From contig OZ024741.1 of NCBI GenBank assembly GCA_964016885.1, positions 259,594,001 to 259,658,000 of the forward strand: a DNA stretch of 64,000 bases, given 5' to 3'. The notes under the pieces are model-generated. The model did not search any database. It saw nothing but the letters and a program-made list of their open reading frames with translations, and was not told the DNA's origin. The number at the start of each line of letters is the position of its first letter. The stretch's first letter is position 1. Of the stretch, positions 41,671-56,290 are shown in pieces. Origin of the DNA: Eledone cirrhosa. Taxonomy: Eukaryota. A program made the translations under genes and the position numbers.

Positions 41671-44049
41671 TCGTAAGTCGAAACACTCGTAAGTCAGAAC
41701 ACTCGTAAGTCAGAACACTCTTAAGTCAGAACACTCGTATCGAAACACGTATGTCAAAACACCCGTAAGTCAAAACACTCGTAAGTCGAAACACTCGTAA
41801 GTCGAAACACTCGTAAGCCGAAACAATCGTAAGTCAAAACACTCGTAAGTCGAAACACTCGTAAGCCGAAAATACTCGTAAGTCGGAACACCCGTAAGCC
41901 GAAACCCTCGTAGGTCGGAACACTCGTAAGTCAAAACACTCGTAAGTCGAAACACCCGTAAGTCGAAACACTCGTAAGTCGAAACACCCGTAAGTCGAAA
42001 CATCCGTAAGTCAAAACACTCGTATGTCGAAACACTCGTAAGCCGAAACACTCGTAAGTCAGAACACTCGTAAGTCAGAACACTCGTAAGTCGAAACACT
42101 CATAAGTCGAAACACTCGTAAGTCGAAACACCCGTAAGTCGAAACACCCGTAAGTCGAAACACTCGTATGTCGAATAACTCGTAAGCCGAAACACCGTAA
42201 GTCAAAACACTCGTAAGTCGAAACACTCGTAAGTCGAAACACCCATAAGCCGAAACATTCGTAAGCCAAAACATTCGTAAGTCGAAACACTCGTAAACCG
42301 AAACACTCGTAAGCCAAAACATTCGTAAGTCGAAACACTCGTAAGTCGAAACACCCATAGCCGAAACACTTGTAAGTCTGAACACACGTAAGTCAGAACA
42401 CCCGTAAGTCAGAACACTCGTAAGTCAGAACACTCGTAAGTCAGAACACTCGTAAGTCAGAGCACTCGTATCGAAACACTCGTATGTCAAAACACCCGTA
42501 AGTCAAAACACTCGTAAGTCGAAACACTCGTAAGCCGAAACACCGTAAGCCAAAACACTCGTAAGTCGAAACACCCGTAAGTCGGAACACTCGTAAGTCG
42601 AAACACTCGTAAGTCGAAACACTCGTAAGCCGAAACACTCGTAAGCCGAAACACTCGTAAGTCGGAACACTCGTAAGTCGGAACACTCGTAAGTCAGAAC
42701 ACTCGTAAGTCAGAACACTCGTAAGTCAGAACACTCGTAAGTCAGAACACTCGTAAGTCGAAACACTCGTATCGAAACACTCGTATGTCAAAACACCCGT
42801 AAGTCAAAACACTCGTAAGTCGAAACACTCGTAAGTCGAAACATTCGTATGTCGAAACATCCGTAAATCAGAACACTCGTAAGTCGAAACACTCGTAAGT
42901 CGAAACACTCGTAAGCCGAAACACTCGTAAGTCGAAGCACTCGTATCGAAACACTCGTAAGTCGAAACACCCTTAAGTCAAAACACTCGTAAGCCAAAAC
43001 ACTCGTAAGTCGAAACACTCGTAAGTCGGAACACTCGTAAGTCAGAACACTCGTAAGTCAGAACACTCGTAAGTGGAAACACGCGTAAGTCGAAACACTC
43101 ATAAGTCGAAACACTCGTAAGTCGAAACACCCGTAAGTCGAAACACCCGTAAGTCGAAACACTCGTATGTCGAATAACTCGTAAGCCGAAACACCGTAAG
43201 TCAAAACACTCGTAAGTCGAAACACTCGTAAGTCGAAACACCCATAAGCCGAAACACTCGTAAGCCAAAACATTCGTAAGTCGAAACACTCGTAAACCGA
43301 AACACTCGTAAGCCAAAACATTCGTAAGTCGAAACACTCGTAAGTCGAAACACCCATAGCCGAAACACTCGTAAGTCTGAACACACGTAAGTCAGAACAG
43401 CCGTAAGTCAGAACACTCGTAAGTCAGAACACTCGTAAGTCAGAACACTCGTAAGTCAGAGCACTCGTATCGAAACACTCGTATGTCAAAACACCCGTAA
43501 GTCAAAACACTCGTAAGTCGAAACACTCGTAAGCCGAAACACCGTAAGCCAAAACACTCGTAAGTCGAAACACCCGTAAGTCGGAACACTCGTAAGTCGA
43601 AACACTCGTAAGTCGAAACACTCGTAAGCCGAAACACTCGTAAGCCGAAACACTCGTAAGTCGGAACACTCGTAAGTCGGAACACTCGTAAGTCAGAACA
43701 CTCGTAAGTCAGAACACTCGTAAGTCAGAACACTCGTAAGTCGAAACACTCGTAAGTCGAAACACTCGTAAGCCGAAACACTCGTAAGTCGAAGCACTCG
43801 TATCGAAACACTCGTAAGTCGAAACACCCTTAAGTCAAAACACTCGTAAGCCAAAACACTCGTAAGTCGAAACACTCGTAAGTCGGAACACTCGTAAGTC
43901 AGAACACTCGTAAGTCAGAACACTCGTAAGTGGAAACACGCGTAAGTCGAAAGACCCGTAAGTCAAAAATCTCGTAAGTCAAAACACTCGTAAGCCGAAA
44001 CACTCGTAAGTCGAAACACTCGTAAGTCGAAACATTCGTAAAGCGAAAC

Positions 44050-44118
44050 GTATAAATAAAGATTAATGTAATGAACTTGAAAAGCATAGATATTTGAAAC
44101 CGCGTCTATTTGTTATTT
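44050..44118 (+). repeat. 69-bp AT-rich element, subtype A
   Basis: Matches 1536-1604. Confidence 0.95.
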
Positions 44119-45246
44119 TCGTAAGTCGAAACACTCGTAAGTCAGAACACTCGTAAGTCAGAACACTCGTATCGAAACACGTATGTCAAAACACCCGTAA
44201 GTCAAAACACTCGTAAGTCGAAACACTCGTAAGTCGAAACACTCGTAAGCCGAAACAATCGTAAGTCAAAACACTCGTAAGTCGAAACACTCGTAAGCCG
44301 AAAATACTCGTAAGTCGGAACACCCGTAAGCCGAAACCCTCGTAGGTCGGAACACTCGTAAGTCGAAACACTCTTAAGTCGAAACACCCGTAAGTCGAAA
44401 CACTCGTAAGTCGAAACACCCGTAAGTCGAAACACCCGTAAGTCGAAACATCCGTAAGTCAAAACACTCGTATGTCGAAACACTCGTAAGCCGAAACACT
44501 CGTAAGTCGGAACACTCGCAAGTCAGAACACTCGTAAGTCAGAACACTCGTAAGTCGAAACACTCGTAAGTCGAAACACCCGTAAGTCGAAACGCCCGTA
44601 AGTCAAAACACTCGTATGTCGAAACACTCGCAAGCCGAAAAACCGTAAGTCAAAACACTCGTAAGTCGAAACACTCGTAAATCGAAACACTCGTAAGCCG
44701 AAACACTCGTAAGCGAAAACATTCGTTAGTCGAAACACTCGTAACCCGAAACACTCGTAAGTCGAAACACTCGAAAGCCGAAACACTCGTAAGTCGAAAC
44801 ACTCATAAGCCGAAACACTCGTAAGTCGGAACACTCGTAAGTCAGAACACCCGTAAATCAGAACACTCGTAGTCAGAACACTCGTAAGTCGAAACACTCG
44901 TAAGCCGAAACACTCGCAAGTCGAAGCACTCGTAATCCGAAACACTCTTAAGTCGAAACACTCGTAAGTCGGAACACTCGTAAGTCAGAACACTCGTAAG
45001 TCAGAACACTCGTAAGTCGAAACACTCGTAAGCCGAAACATCCGTAAGTCAAAACATCCGTAAGTCAAAACATTCGTAAGTCGAAACACCCGTAGTCGAA
45101 ACACTCGCAAGTCGAAACACTCGTAAGTCGAAACACGCGTAAGTCGAAACACATGTAAGTCAAAACACTCGTAAGTCAAAACACTCGTAAGCCGAAACAC
45201 TCGTAAGTCGAAACACTCGTAAGTCGAAACACTCGTAAAGCGAAAC

Positions 45247-45315
45247 GTATCAATAAAGATTAATGTAATGAATTTGAAAAGCATAGAGATTTGAAACCGC
45301 GTCTATTTGTTATTT
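45247..45315 (+). repeat. 69-bp AT-rich element, subtype B
   Basis: Matches 2717-2785. Confidence 0.95.
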
Positions 45316-46123
45316 TCGTAAGTCGAAACACTCGTAAGCCGAAACACTCGTGAGCCGAAACACTCGTAAGTCGGAACACTCGTAAGTCAGAACACTCGTA
45401 AGTCAGAACACTCGTAAGTTAGAACACTCGTAAGTCAGAACACTCGTAAGTCAGAACACTCGTAAGTCAAAACACTCGTATCGAAACACTCGTATGTCAA
45501 AACACCCGTAAGTCAAAACACTCGTAAGTCGAAACACTCGTAAGTCGAAACACTCGTAAGCCGAAACACTCGAAAGCCGAAACACTCGTAAGTCGGAACA
45601 CTCGTAAGTCGGAACACTCGTAAGTCAGAACACTCGTAAGTCAGAACACTCGTAAGTCAGAACACTCGTAAGTCGAAACACTCGTATCGAAACACTCGTA
45701 TGTCAAAACACCCGTAAGTCAAAACACTCGTAAGTCGAAACACTTGTAAGTCGAAACACTCGTATGTCGAAACATCCGTAAATCAGAACACTCGTAAGTC
45801 GAAACACTCGTAAGTCGAAACACTCGTAAGCCGAAACACTCGTAAGTCGAAGCACTCGTATCGAAACACTCGTAAGTCGAAACACCCTTAAGTCAAAACA
45901 CTCGTAAGCCAAAACACTCGTAAGTCGAAACACTCGTAAGTCGGAACACTCGTAAGTCAGAACACTCGTAAGTCAGAACACTCGTAAGTGGAAACACGCG
46001 TAAGTCGAAAGACCCGTAAGTCAAAAATCTCGTAAGTCAAAACACTCGTAAGCCGAAACACTCGTAAGTCGAAACACTCGTAAGTCGAAACACTCGTAAG
46101 TCGAAACATTCGTAAAGCGAAAC

Positions 46124-46192
46124 GTATAAATAAAGATTAATGTAATGAACTTGAAAAGCATAGATATTTGAAACCGCGTCTATTTGTTATTT
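46124..46192 (+). repeat. 69-bp AT-rich element, subtype A
   Basis: Matches 1536-1604. Confidence 0.95.
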
Positions 46193-48555
46193 TCGTAAGT
46201 CGAAACACTCGTAAGTCAGAACACTCGTAAGTCAGAACACTCTTAAGTCAGAACACTCGTATCGAAACACGTATGTCAAAACACCCGTAAGTCAAAACAC
46301 TCGTAAGTCGAAACACTCGTAAGTCGAAACACTCGTAAGCCGAAACAATCGTAAGTCAAAACACTCGTAAGTCGAAACACTCGTAAGCCGAAAATACTCG
46401 TAAGTCGGAACACCCGTAAGCCGAAACCCTCGTAGGTCGGAACACTCGTAAGTCAAAACACTCGTAAGTCGAAACACCCGTAAGTCGAAACACTCGTAAG
46501 TCGAAACACCCGTAAGTCGAAACATCCGTAAGTCAAAACACTCGTATGTCGAAACACTCGTAAGCCGAAACACTCGTAAGTCAGAACACTCGTAAGTCAG
46601 AACACTCGTAAGTCGAAACACTCATAAGTCGAAACACTCGTAAGTCGAAACACCCGTAAGTCGAAACACCCGTAAGTCGAAACACTCGTATGTCGAATAA
46701 CTCGTAAGCCGAAACACCGTAAGTCAAAACACTCGTAAGTCGAAACACTCGTAAGTCGAAACACCCATAAGCCGAAACATTCGTAAGCCAAAACATTCGT
46801 AAGTCGAAACACTCGTAAACCGAAACACTCGTAAGCCAAAACATTCGTAAGTCGAAACACTCGTAAGTCGAAACACCCATAGCCGAAACACTTGTAAGTC
46901 TGAACACACGTAAGTCAGAACACCCGTAAGTCAGAACACTCGTAAGTCAGAACACTCGTAAGTCAGAACACTCGTAAGTCAGAGCACTCGTATCGAAACA
47001 CTCGTATGTCAAAACACCCGTAAGTCAAAACACTCGTAAGTCGAAACACTCGTAAGCCGAAACACCGTAAGCCAAAACACTCGTAAGTCGAAACACCCGT
47101 AAGTCGGAACACTCGTAAGTCGAAACACTCGTAAGTCGAAACACTCGTAAGCCGAAACACTCGTAAGCCGAAACACTCGTAAGTCGGAACACTCGTAAGT
47201 CGGAACACTCGTAAGTCAGAACACTCGTAAGTCAGAACACTCGTAAGTCAGAACACTCGTAAGTCAGAACACTCGTAAGTCGAAACACTCGTATCGAAAC
47301 ACTCGTATGTCAAAACACCCGTAAGTCAAAACACTCGTAAGTCGAAACACTCGTAAGTCGAAACATTCGTATGTCGAAACATCCGTAAATCAGAACACTC
47401 GTAAGTCGAAACACTCGTAAGTCGAAACACTCGTAAGCCGAAACACTCGTAAGTCGAAGCACTCGTATCGAAACACTCGTAAGTCGAAACACCCTTAAGT
47501 CAAAACACTCGTAAGCCAAAACACTCGTAAGTCGAAACACTCGTAAGTCGGAACACTCGTAAGTCAGAACACTCGTAAGTGGAAACACGCGTAAGTCGAA
47601 ACACTCATAAGTCGAAACACTCGTAAGTCGAAACACCCGTAAGTCGAAACACCCGTAAGTCGAAACACTCGTATGTCGAATAACTCGTAAGCCGAAACAC
47701 CGTAAGTAAAAACACTCGTAAGTCGAAACACTCGTAAGTCGAAACACCCATAAGCCGAAACACTCGTAAGCCAAAACATTCGTAAGTCGAAACACTCGTA
47801 AACCGAAACACTCGTAAGCCAAAACATTCGTAAGTCGAAACACTCGTAAGTCGAAACACCCATAGCCGAAACACTCGTAAGTCTGAACACACGTAAGTCA
47901 GAACAGCCGTAAGTCAGAACACTCGTAAGTCAGAACACTCGTAAGTCAGAACACTCGTAAGTCAGAGCACTCGTATCGAAACACTCGTATGTCAAAACAC
48001 CCGTAAGTCAAAACACTCGTAAGTCGAAACACTCGTAAGCCGAAACACCGTAAGCCAAAACACTCGTAAGTCGAAACACCCGTAAGTCGGAACACTCGTA
48101 AGTCGAAACACTCGTAAGTCGAAACACTCGTAAGCCGAAACACTCGTAAGCCGAAACACTCGTAAGTCGGAACACTCGTAAGTCGGAACACTCGTAAGTC
48201 AGAACACTCGTAAGTCAGAACACTCGTAAGTCAGAACACTCGTAAGTCGAAACACTCGTAAGTCGAAACACTCGTAAGCCGAAACACTCGTAAGTCGAAG
48301 CACTCGTATCGAAACACTCGTAAGTCGAAACACCCTTAAGTCAAAACACTCGTAAGCCAAAACACTCGTAAGTCGAAACACTCGTAAGTCGGAACACTCG
48401 TAAGTCAGAACACTCGTAAGTCAGAACACTCGTAAGTGGAAACACGCGTAAGTCGAAAGACCCGTAAGTCAAAAATCTCGTAAGTCAAAACACTCGTAAG
48501 CCGAAACACTCGTAAGTCGAAACACTCGTAAGTCGAAACATTCGTAAAGCGAAAC

Positions 48556-48624
48556 GTATAAATAAAGATTAATGTAATGAACTTGAAAAGCATAGATATT
48601 TGAAACCGCGTCTATTTGTTATTT
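48556..48624 (+). repeat. 69-bp AT-rich element, subtype A
   Basis: Matches 1536-1604. Confidence 0.95.
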
Positions 48625-49625
48625 TCGTAAGTCGAAACACTCGTAAGTCAGAACACTCGTAAGTCAGAACACTCGTATCGAAACACGTATGTCAAAACAC
48701 CCGTAAGTCAAAACACTCGTAAGTCGAAACACTCGTAAGTCGAAACACTCGTAAGCCGAAACAATCGTAAGTCAAAACACTCGTAAGTCGAAACACTCGT
48801 AAGCCGAAAATACTCGTAAGTCGGAACACCCGTAAGCCGAAACCCTCGTAGGTCGGAACACTCGTAAGTCGAAACACTCTTAAGTCGAAACACCCGTAAG
48901 TCGAAACACTCGTAAGTCGAAACACCCGTAAGTCGAAACATCCGTAAGTCAAAACACTCGTATGTCGAAACACTCGTAAGCCGAAACACTCGTAAGTCGG
49001 AACACTCGCAAGTCAGAACACTCGTAAGTCAGAACACTCGTAAGTCGAAACACTCGTAAGTCGAAACACCCGTAAGTCGAAACGCCCGTAAGTCAAAACA
49101 CTCGTATGTCGAAACACTCGCAAGCCGAAAAACCGTAAGTCAAAACACTCGTAAGTCGAAACACTCGTAAATCGAAACACTCGTAAGCCGAAACACTCGT
49201 AAGCGAAAACATTCGTTAGTCGAAACACTCGTAACCCGAAACACTCGTAAGTCGAAACACTCGAAAGCCGAAACACTCGTAAGTCGAAACACTCATAAGC
49301 CGAAACACTCGTAAGTCGGAACACTCGTAAGTCAGAACACCCGTAAATCAGAACACTCGTAGTCAGAACACTCGTAAGTCGAAACACTCGTAAGCCGAAA
49401 CACTCGCAAGTCGAAGCACTCGTAATCCGAAACACTCTTAAGTCGAAACACTCGTAAGTCGGAACACTCGTAAGTCAGAACACTCGTAAGTCAGAACACT
49501 CGTAAGTGGAAACACGCGTAAGTCGAAAGACCCGTAAGTCAAAAATCTCGTAAGTCAAAACACTCGTAAGCCGAAACACTCGTAAGTCGAAACACTCGTA
49601 AGTCGAAACATTCGTAAAGCGAAAC

Positions 49626-49694
49626 GTTTAAGTAAAGATTAATGTAATGAACTTGAAAAGCATAGATATTTGAAACCGCGTCTATTTGTTATTT
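49626..49694 (+). repeat. 69-bp AT-rich element, subtype D
   Basis: Matches 31910-31978. Confidence 0.95.
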
Positions 49695-50806
49695 TCGTAA
49701 GTCGAAACACTCGTAAGTCAGAACACTCGTAAGTCAGAACACTCGTATCGAAACACGTATGTCAAAACACCCGTAAGTCAAAACACTCGTAAGTCGAAAC
49801 ACTCGTAAGTCGAAACACTCGTAAGCCGAAACAATCGTAAGTCAAAACACTCGTAAGTCGAAACACTCGTAAGCCGAAAATACTCGTAAGTCGGAACACC
49901 CGTAAGCCGAAACCCTCGTAGGTCGGAACACTCGTAAGTCGAAACACTCTTAAGTCGAAACACCCGTAAGTCGAAACACTCGTAAGTCGAAACACCCGTA
50001 AGTCGAAACATCCGTAAGTCAAAACACTCGTATGTCGAAACACTCGTAAGCCGAAACACTCGTAAGTCGGAACACTCGCAAGTCAGAACACTCGTAAGTC
50101 AGAACACTCGTAAGTCGAAACACTCGTAAGTCGAAACACCCGTAAGTCGAAACGCCCGTAAGTCAAAACACTCGTATGTCGAAACACTCGCAAGCCGAAA
50201 AACCGTAAGTCAAAACACTCGTAAGTCGAAACACTCGTAAATCGAAACACTCGTAAGCCGAAACACTCGTAAGCGAAAACATTCGTTAGTCGAAACACTC
50301 GTAACCCGAAACACTCGTAAGTCGAAACACTCGAAAGCCGAAACACTCGTAAGTCGAAACACTCATAAGCCGAAACACTCGTAAGTCGGAACACTCGTAA
50401 GTCAGAACACCCGTAAATCAGAACACTCGTAGTCAGAACACTCGTAAGTCGAAACACTCGTAAGCCGAAACACTCGCAAGTCGAAGCACTCGTAATCCGA
50501 AACACTCTTAAGTCGAAACACTCGTAAGTCGGAACACTCGTAAGTCAGAACACTCGTAAGTCAGAACACTCGTAAGTCGAAACACTCGTAAGCCGAAACA
50601 TCCGTAAGTCAAAACATCCGTAAGTCAAAACATTCGTAAGTCGAAACACCCGTAGTCGAAACACTCGCAAGTCGAAACACTCGTAAGTCGAAACACGCGT
50701 AAGTCGAAACACATGTAAGTCAAAACACTCGTAAGTCAAAACACTCGTAAGCCGAAACACTCGTAAGTCGAAACACTCGTAAGTCGAAACACTCGTAAAG
50801 CGAAAC

Positions 50807-50875
50807 GTATCAATAAAGATTAATGTAATGAATTTGAAAAGCATAGAGATTTGAAACCGCGTCTATTTGTTATTT
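50807..50875 (+). repeat. 69-bp AT-rich element, subtype B
   Basis: Matches 2717-2785. Confidence 0.95.
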
Positions 50876-51699
50876 TCGTAAGTCGAAACACTCGTAAGCC
50901 GAAACACTCGTGAGCCGAAACACTCGTAAGTCGGAACACTCGTAAGTCAGAACACTCGTAAGTCAGAACACTCGTAAGTTAGAACACTCGTAAGTCAGAA
51001 CACTCGTAAGTCAGAACACTCGTAAGTCAAAACACTCGTATCGAAACACTCGTATGTCAAAACACCCGTAAGTCAAAACACTCGTAAGTCGAAACACTCG
51101 TAAGTCGAAACACTCGTAAGCCGAAACACTCGAAAGCCGAAACACTCGTAAGTCGGAACACTCGTAAGTCGGAACACTCGTAAGTCAGAACACTCGTAAG
51201 TCAGAACACTCGTAAGTCAGAACACTCGTAAGTCAGAACACTCGTAAGTCGAAACACTCGTATCGAAACACTCGTATGTCAAAACACCCGTAAGTCAAAA
51301 CACTCGTAAGTCGAAACACTTGTAAGTCGAAACACTCGTATGTCGAAACATCCGTAAATCAGAACACTCGTAAGTCGAAACACTCGTAAGTCGAAACACT
51401 CGTAAGCCGAAACACTCGTAAGTCGAAGCACTCGTATCGAAACACTCGTAAGTCGAAACACCCTTAAGTCAAAACACTCGTAAGCCAAAACACTCGTAAG
51501 TCGAAACACTCGTAAGTCGGAACACTCGTAAGTCAGAACACTCGTAAGTCAGAACACTCGTAAGTGGAAACACGCGTAAGTCGAAAGACCCGTAAGTCAA
51601 AAATCTCGTAAGTCAAAACACTCGTAAGCCGAAACACTCGTAAGTCGAAACACTCGTAAGTCGAAACACTCGTAAGTCGAAACATTCGTAAAGCGAAAC

Positions 51700-51768
51700 G
51701 TATAAATAAAGATTAATGTAATGAACTTGAAAAGCATAGATATTTGAAACCGCGTCTATTTGTTATTT
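51700..51768 (+). repeat. 69-bp AT-rich element, subtype A
   Basis: Matches 1536-1604. Confidence 0.95.
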
Positions 51769-54147
51769 TCGTAAGTCGAAACACTCGTAAGTCAGAACAC
51801 TCGTAAGTCAGAACACTCTTAAGTCAGAACACTCGTATCGAAACACGTATGTCAAAACACCCGTAAGTCAAAACACTCGTAAGTCGAAACACTCGTAAGT
51901 CGAAACACTCGTAAGCCGAAACAATCGTAAGTCAAAACACTCGTAAGTCGAAACACTCGTAAGCCGAAAATACTCGTAAGTCGGAACACCCGTAAGCCGA
52001 AACCCTCGTAGGTCGGAACACTCGTAAGTCAAAACACTCGTAAGTCGAAACACCCGTAAGTCGAAACACTCGTAAGTCGAAACACCCGTAAGTCGAAACA
52101 TCCGTAAGTCAAAACACTCGTATGTCGAAACACTCGTAAGCCGAAACACTCGTAAGTCAGAACACTCGTAAGTCAGAACACTCGTAAGTCGAAACACTCA
52201 TAAGTCGAAACACTCGTAAGTCGAAACACCCGTAAGTCGAAACACCCGTAAGTCGAAACACTCGTATGTCGAATAACTCGTAAGCCGAAACACCGTAAGT
52301 CAAAACACTCGTAAGTCGAAACACTCGTAAGTCGAAACACCCATAAGCCGAAACATTCGTAAGCCAAAACATTCGTAAGTCGAAACACTCGTAAACCGAA
52401 ACACTCGTAAGCCAAAACATTCGTAAGTCGAAACACTCGTAAGTCGAAACACCCATAGCCGAAACACTTGTAAGTCTGAACACACGTAAGTCAGAACACC
52501 CGTAAGTCAGAACACTCGTAAGTCAGAACACTCGTAAGTCAGAACACTCGTAAGTCAGAGCACTCGTATCGAAACACTCGTATGTCAAAACACCCGTAAG
52601 TCAAAACACTCGTAAGTCGAAACACTCGTAAGCCGAAACACCGTAAGCCAAAACACTCGTAAGTCGAAACACCCGTAAGTCGGAACACTCGTAAGTCGAA
52701 ACACTCGTAAGTCGAAACACTCGTAAGCCGAAACACTCGTAAGCCGAAACACTCGTAAGTCGGAACACTCGTAAGTCGGAACACTCGTAAGTCAGAACAC
52801 TCGTAAGTCAGAACACTCGTAAGTCAGAACACTCGTAAGTCAGAACACTCGTAAGTCGAAACACTCGTATCGAAACACTCGTATGTCAAAACACCCGTAA
52901 GTCAAAACACTCGTAAGTCGAAACACTCGTAAGTCGAAACATTCGTATGTCGAAACATCCGTAAATCAGAACACTCGTAAGTCGAAACACTCGTAAGTCG
53001 AAACACTCGTAAGCCGAAACACTCGTAAGTCGAAGCACTCGTATCGAAACACTCGTAAGTCGAAACACCCTTAAGTCAAAACACTCGTAAGCCAAAACAC
53101 TCGTAAGTCGAAACACTCGTAAGTCGGAACACTCGTAAGTCAGAACACTCGTAAGTCAGAACACTCGTAAGTGGAAACACGCGTAAGTCGAAACACTCAT
53201 AAGTCGAAACACTCGTAAGTCGAAACACCCGTAAGTCGAAACACCCGTAAGTCGAAACACTCGTATGTCGAATAACTCGTAAGCCGAAACACCGTAAGTC
53301 AAAACACTCGTAAGTCGAAACACTCGTAAGTCGAAACACCCATAAGCCGAAACACTCGTAAGCCAAAACATTCGTAAGTCGAAACACTCGTAAACCGAAA
53401 CACTCGTAAGCCAAAACATTCGTAAGTCGAAACACTCGTAAGTCGAAACACCCATAGCCGAAACACTCGTAAGTCTGAACACACGTAAGTCAGAACAGCC
53501 GTAAGTCAGAACACTCGTAAGTCAGAACACTCGTAAGTCAGAACACTCGTAAGTCAGAGCACTCGTATCGAAACACTCGTATGTCAAAACACCCGTAAGT
53601 CAAAACACTCGTAAGTCGAAACACTCGTAAGCCGAAACACCGTAAGCCAAAACACTCGTAAGTCGAAACACCCGTAAGTCGGAACACTCGTAAGTCGAAA
53701 CACTCGTAAGTCGAAACACTCGTAAGCCGAAACACTCGTAAGCCGAAACACTCGTAAGTCGGAACACTCGTAAGTCGGAACACTCGTAAGTCAGAACACT
53801 CGTAAGTCAGAACACTCGTAAGTCAGAACACTCGTAAGTCGAAACACTCGTAAGTCGAAACACTCGTAAGCCGAAACACTCGTAAGTCGAAGCACTCGTA
53901 TCGAAACACTCGTAAGTCGAAACACCCTTAAGTCAAAACACTCGTAAGCCAAAACACTCGTAAGTCGAAACACTCGTAAGTCGGAACACTCGTAAGTCAG
54001 AACACTCGTAAGTCAGAACACTCGTAAGTGGAAACACGCGTAAGTCGAAAGACCCGTAAGTCAAAAATCTCGTAAGTCAAAACACTCGTAAGCCGAAACA
54101 CTCGTAAGTCGAAACACTCGTAAGTCGAAACATTCGTAAAGCGAAAC

Positions 54148-54216
54148 GTATAAATAAAGATTAATGTAATGAACTTGAAAAGCATAGATATTTGAAACCG
54201 CGTCTATTTGTTATTT
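54148..54216 (+). repeat. 69-bp AT-rich element, subtype A
   Basis: Matches 1536-1604. Confidence 0.95.
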
Positions 54217-55328
54217 TCGTAAGTCGAAACACTCGTAAGTCAGAACACTCGTAAGTCAGAACACTCGTATCGAAACACGTATGTCAAAACACCCGTAAGT
54301 CAAAACACTCGTAAGTCGAAACACTCGTAAGTCGAAACACTCGTAAGCCGAAACAATCGTAAGTCAAAACACTCGTAAGTCGAAACACTCGTAAGCCGAA
54401 AATACTCGTAAGTCGGAACACCCGTAAGCCGAAACCCTCGTAGGTCGGAACACTCGTAAGTCGAAACACTCTTAAGTCGAAACACCCGTAAGTCGAAACA
54501 CTCGTAAGTCGAAACACCCGTAAGTCGAAACATCCGTAAGTCAAAACACTCGTATGTCGAAACACTCGTAAGCCGAAACACTCGTAAGTCGGAACACTCG
54601 CAAGTCAGAACACTCGTAAGTCAGAACACTCGTAAGTCGAAACACTCGTAAGTCGAAACACCCGTAAGTCGAAACGCCCGTAAGTCAAAACACTCGTATG
54701 TCGAAACACTCGCAAGCCGAAAAACCGTAAGTCAAAACACTCGTAAGTCGAAACACTCGTAAATCGAAACACTCGTAAGCCGAAACACTCGTAAGCGAAA
54801 ACATTCGTTAGTCGAAACACTCGTAACCCGAAACACTCGTAAGTCGAAACACTCGAAAGCCGAAACACTCGTAAGTCGAAACACTCATAAGCCGAAACAC
54901 TCGTAAGTCGGAACACTCGTAAGTCAGAACACCCGTAAATCAGAACACTCGTAGTCAGAACACTCGTAAGTCGAAACACTCGTAAGCCGAAACACTCGCA
55001 AGTCGAAGCACTCGTAATCCGAAACACTCTTAAGTCGAAACACTCGTAAGTCGGAACACTCGTAAGTCAGAACACTCGTAAGTCAGAACACTCGTAAGTC
55101 GAAACACTCGTAAGCCGAAACATCCGTAAGTCAAAACATCCGTAAGTCAAAACATTCGTAAGTCGAAACACCCGTAGTCGAAACACTCGCAAGTCGAAAC
55201 ACTCGTAAGTCGAAACACGCGTAAGTCGAAACACATGTAAGTCAAAACACTCGTAAGTCAAAACACTCGTAAGCCGAAACACTCGTAAGTCGAAACACTC
55301 GTAAGTCGAAACACTCGTAAAGCGAAAC

Positions 55329-55397
55329 GTATCAATAAAGATTAATGTAATGAATTTGAAAAGCATAGAGATTTGAAACCGCGTCTATTTGTTATTT
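55329..55397 (+). repeat. 69-bp AT-rich element, subtype B
   Basis: Matches 2717-2785. Confidence 0.95.
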
Positions 55398-56221
55398 TCG
55401 TAAGTCGAAACACTCGTAAGCCGAAACACTCGTGAGCCGAAACACTCGTAAGTCGGAACACTCGTAAGTCAGAACACTCGTAAGTCAGAACACTCGTAAG
55501 TTAGAACACTCGTAAGTCAGAACACTCGTAAGTCAGAACACTCGTAAGACGAAACACTCGTATCGAAACACTCGTATGTCAAAACACCCGTAAGTCAAAA
55601 CACTCGTAAGTCGAAACACTCGTAAGTCGAAACACTCGTAAGCCGAAACACTCGAAAGCCGAAACACTCGTAAGTCGGAACACTCGTAAGTCGGAACACT
55701 CGTAAGTCAGAACACTCGTAAGTCAGAACACTCGTAAGTCAGAACACTCGTAAGTCAGAACACTCGTAAGTCGAAACACTCGTATCGAAACACTCGTATG
55801 TCAAAACACCCGTAAGTCAAAACACTCGTAAGTCGAAACACTTGTAAGTCGAAACACTCGTATGTCGAAACATCCGTAAATCAGAACACTCGTAAGTCGA
55901 AACACTCGTAAGTCGAAACACTCGTAAGCCGAAACACTCGTAAGTCGAAGCACTCGTATCGAAACACTCGTAAGTCGAAACACCCTTAAGTCAAAACACT
56001 CGTAAGCCAAAACACTCGTAAGTCGAAACACTCGTAAGTCGGAACACTCGTAAGTCAGAACACTCGTAAGTCAGAACACTCGTAAGTGGAAACACGCGTA
56101 AGTCGAAAGACCCGTAAGTCAAAAATCTCGTAAGTCAAAACACTCGTAAGCCGAAACACTCGTAAGTCGAAACACTCGTAAGTCGAAACACTCGTAAGTC
56201 GAAACATTCGTAAAGCGAAAC

Positions 56222-56290
56222 GTATAAATAAAGATTAATGTAATGAACTTGAAAAGCATAGATATTTGAAACCGCGTCTATTTGTTATTT
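56222..56290 (+). repeat. 69-bp AT-rich element, subtype A
   Basis: Matches 1536-1604. Confidence 0.95.

Larger units (their letters stand above)
34330..54520 (+). repeat. Tandem duplication, unit 10,098 bp (~2 copies); boundaries approximate
   Basis: Landmarks 34425/44523, 37212/47310, 41181/51279, 43899/53997; subtype-D inserts at 39528/49626. Confidence 0.9.
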
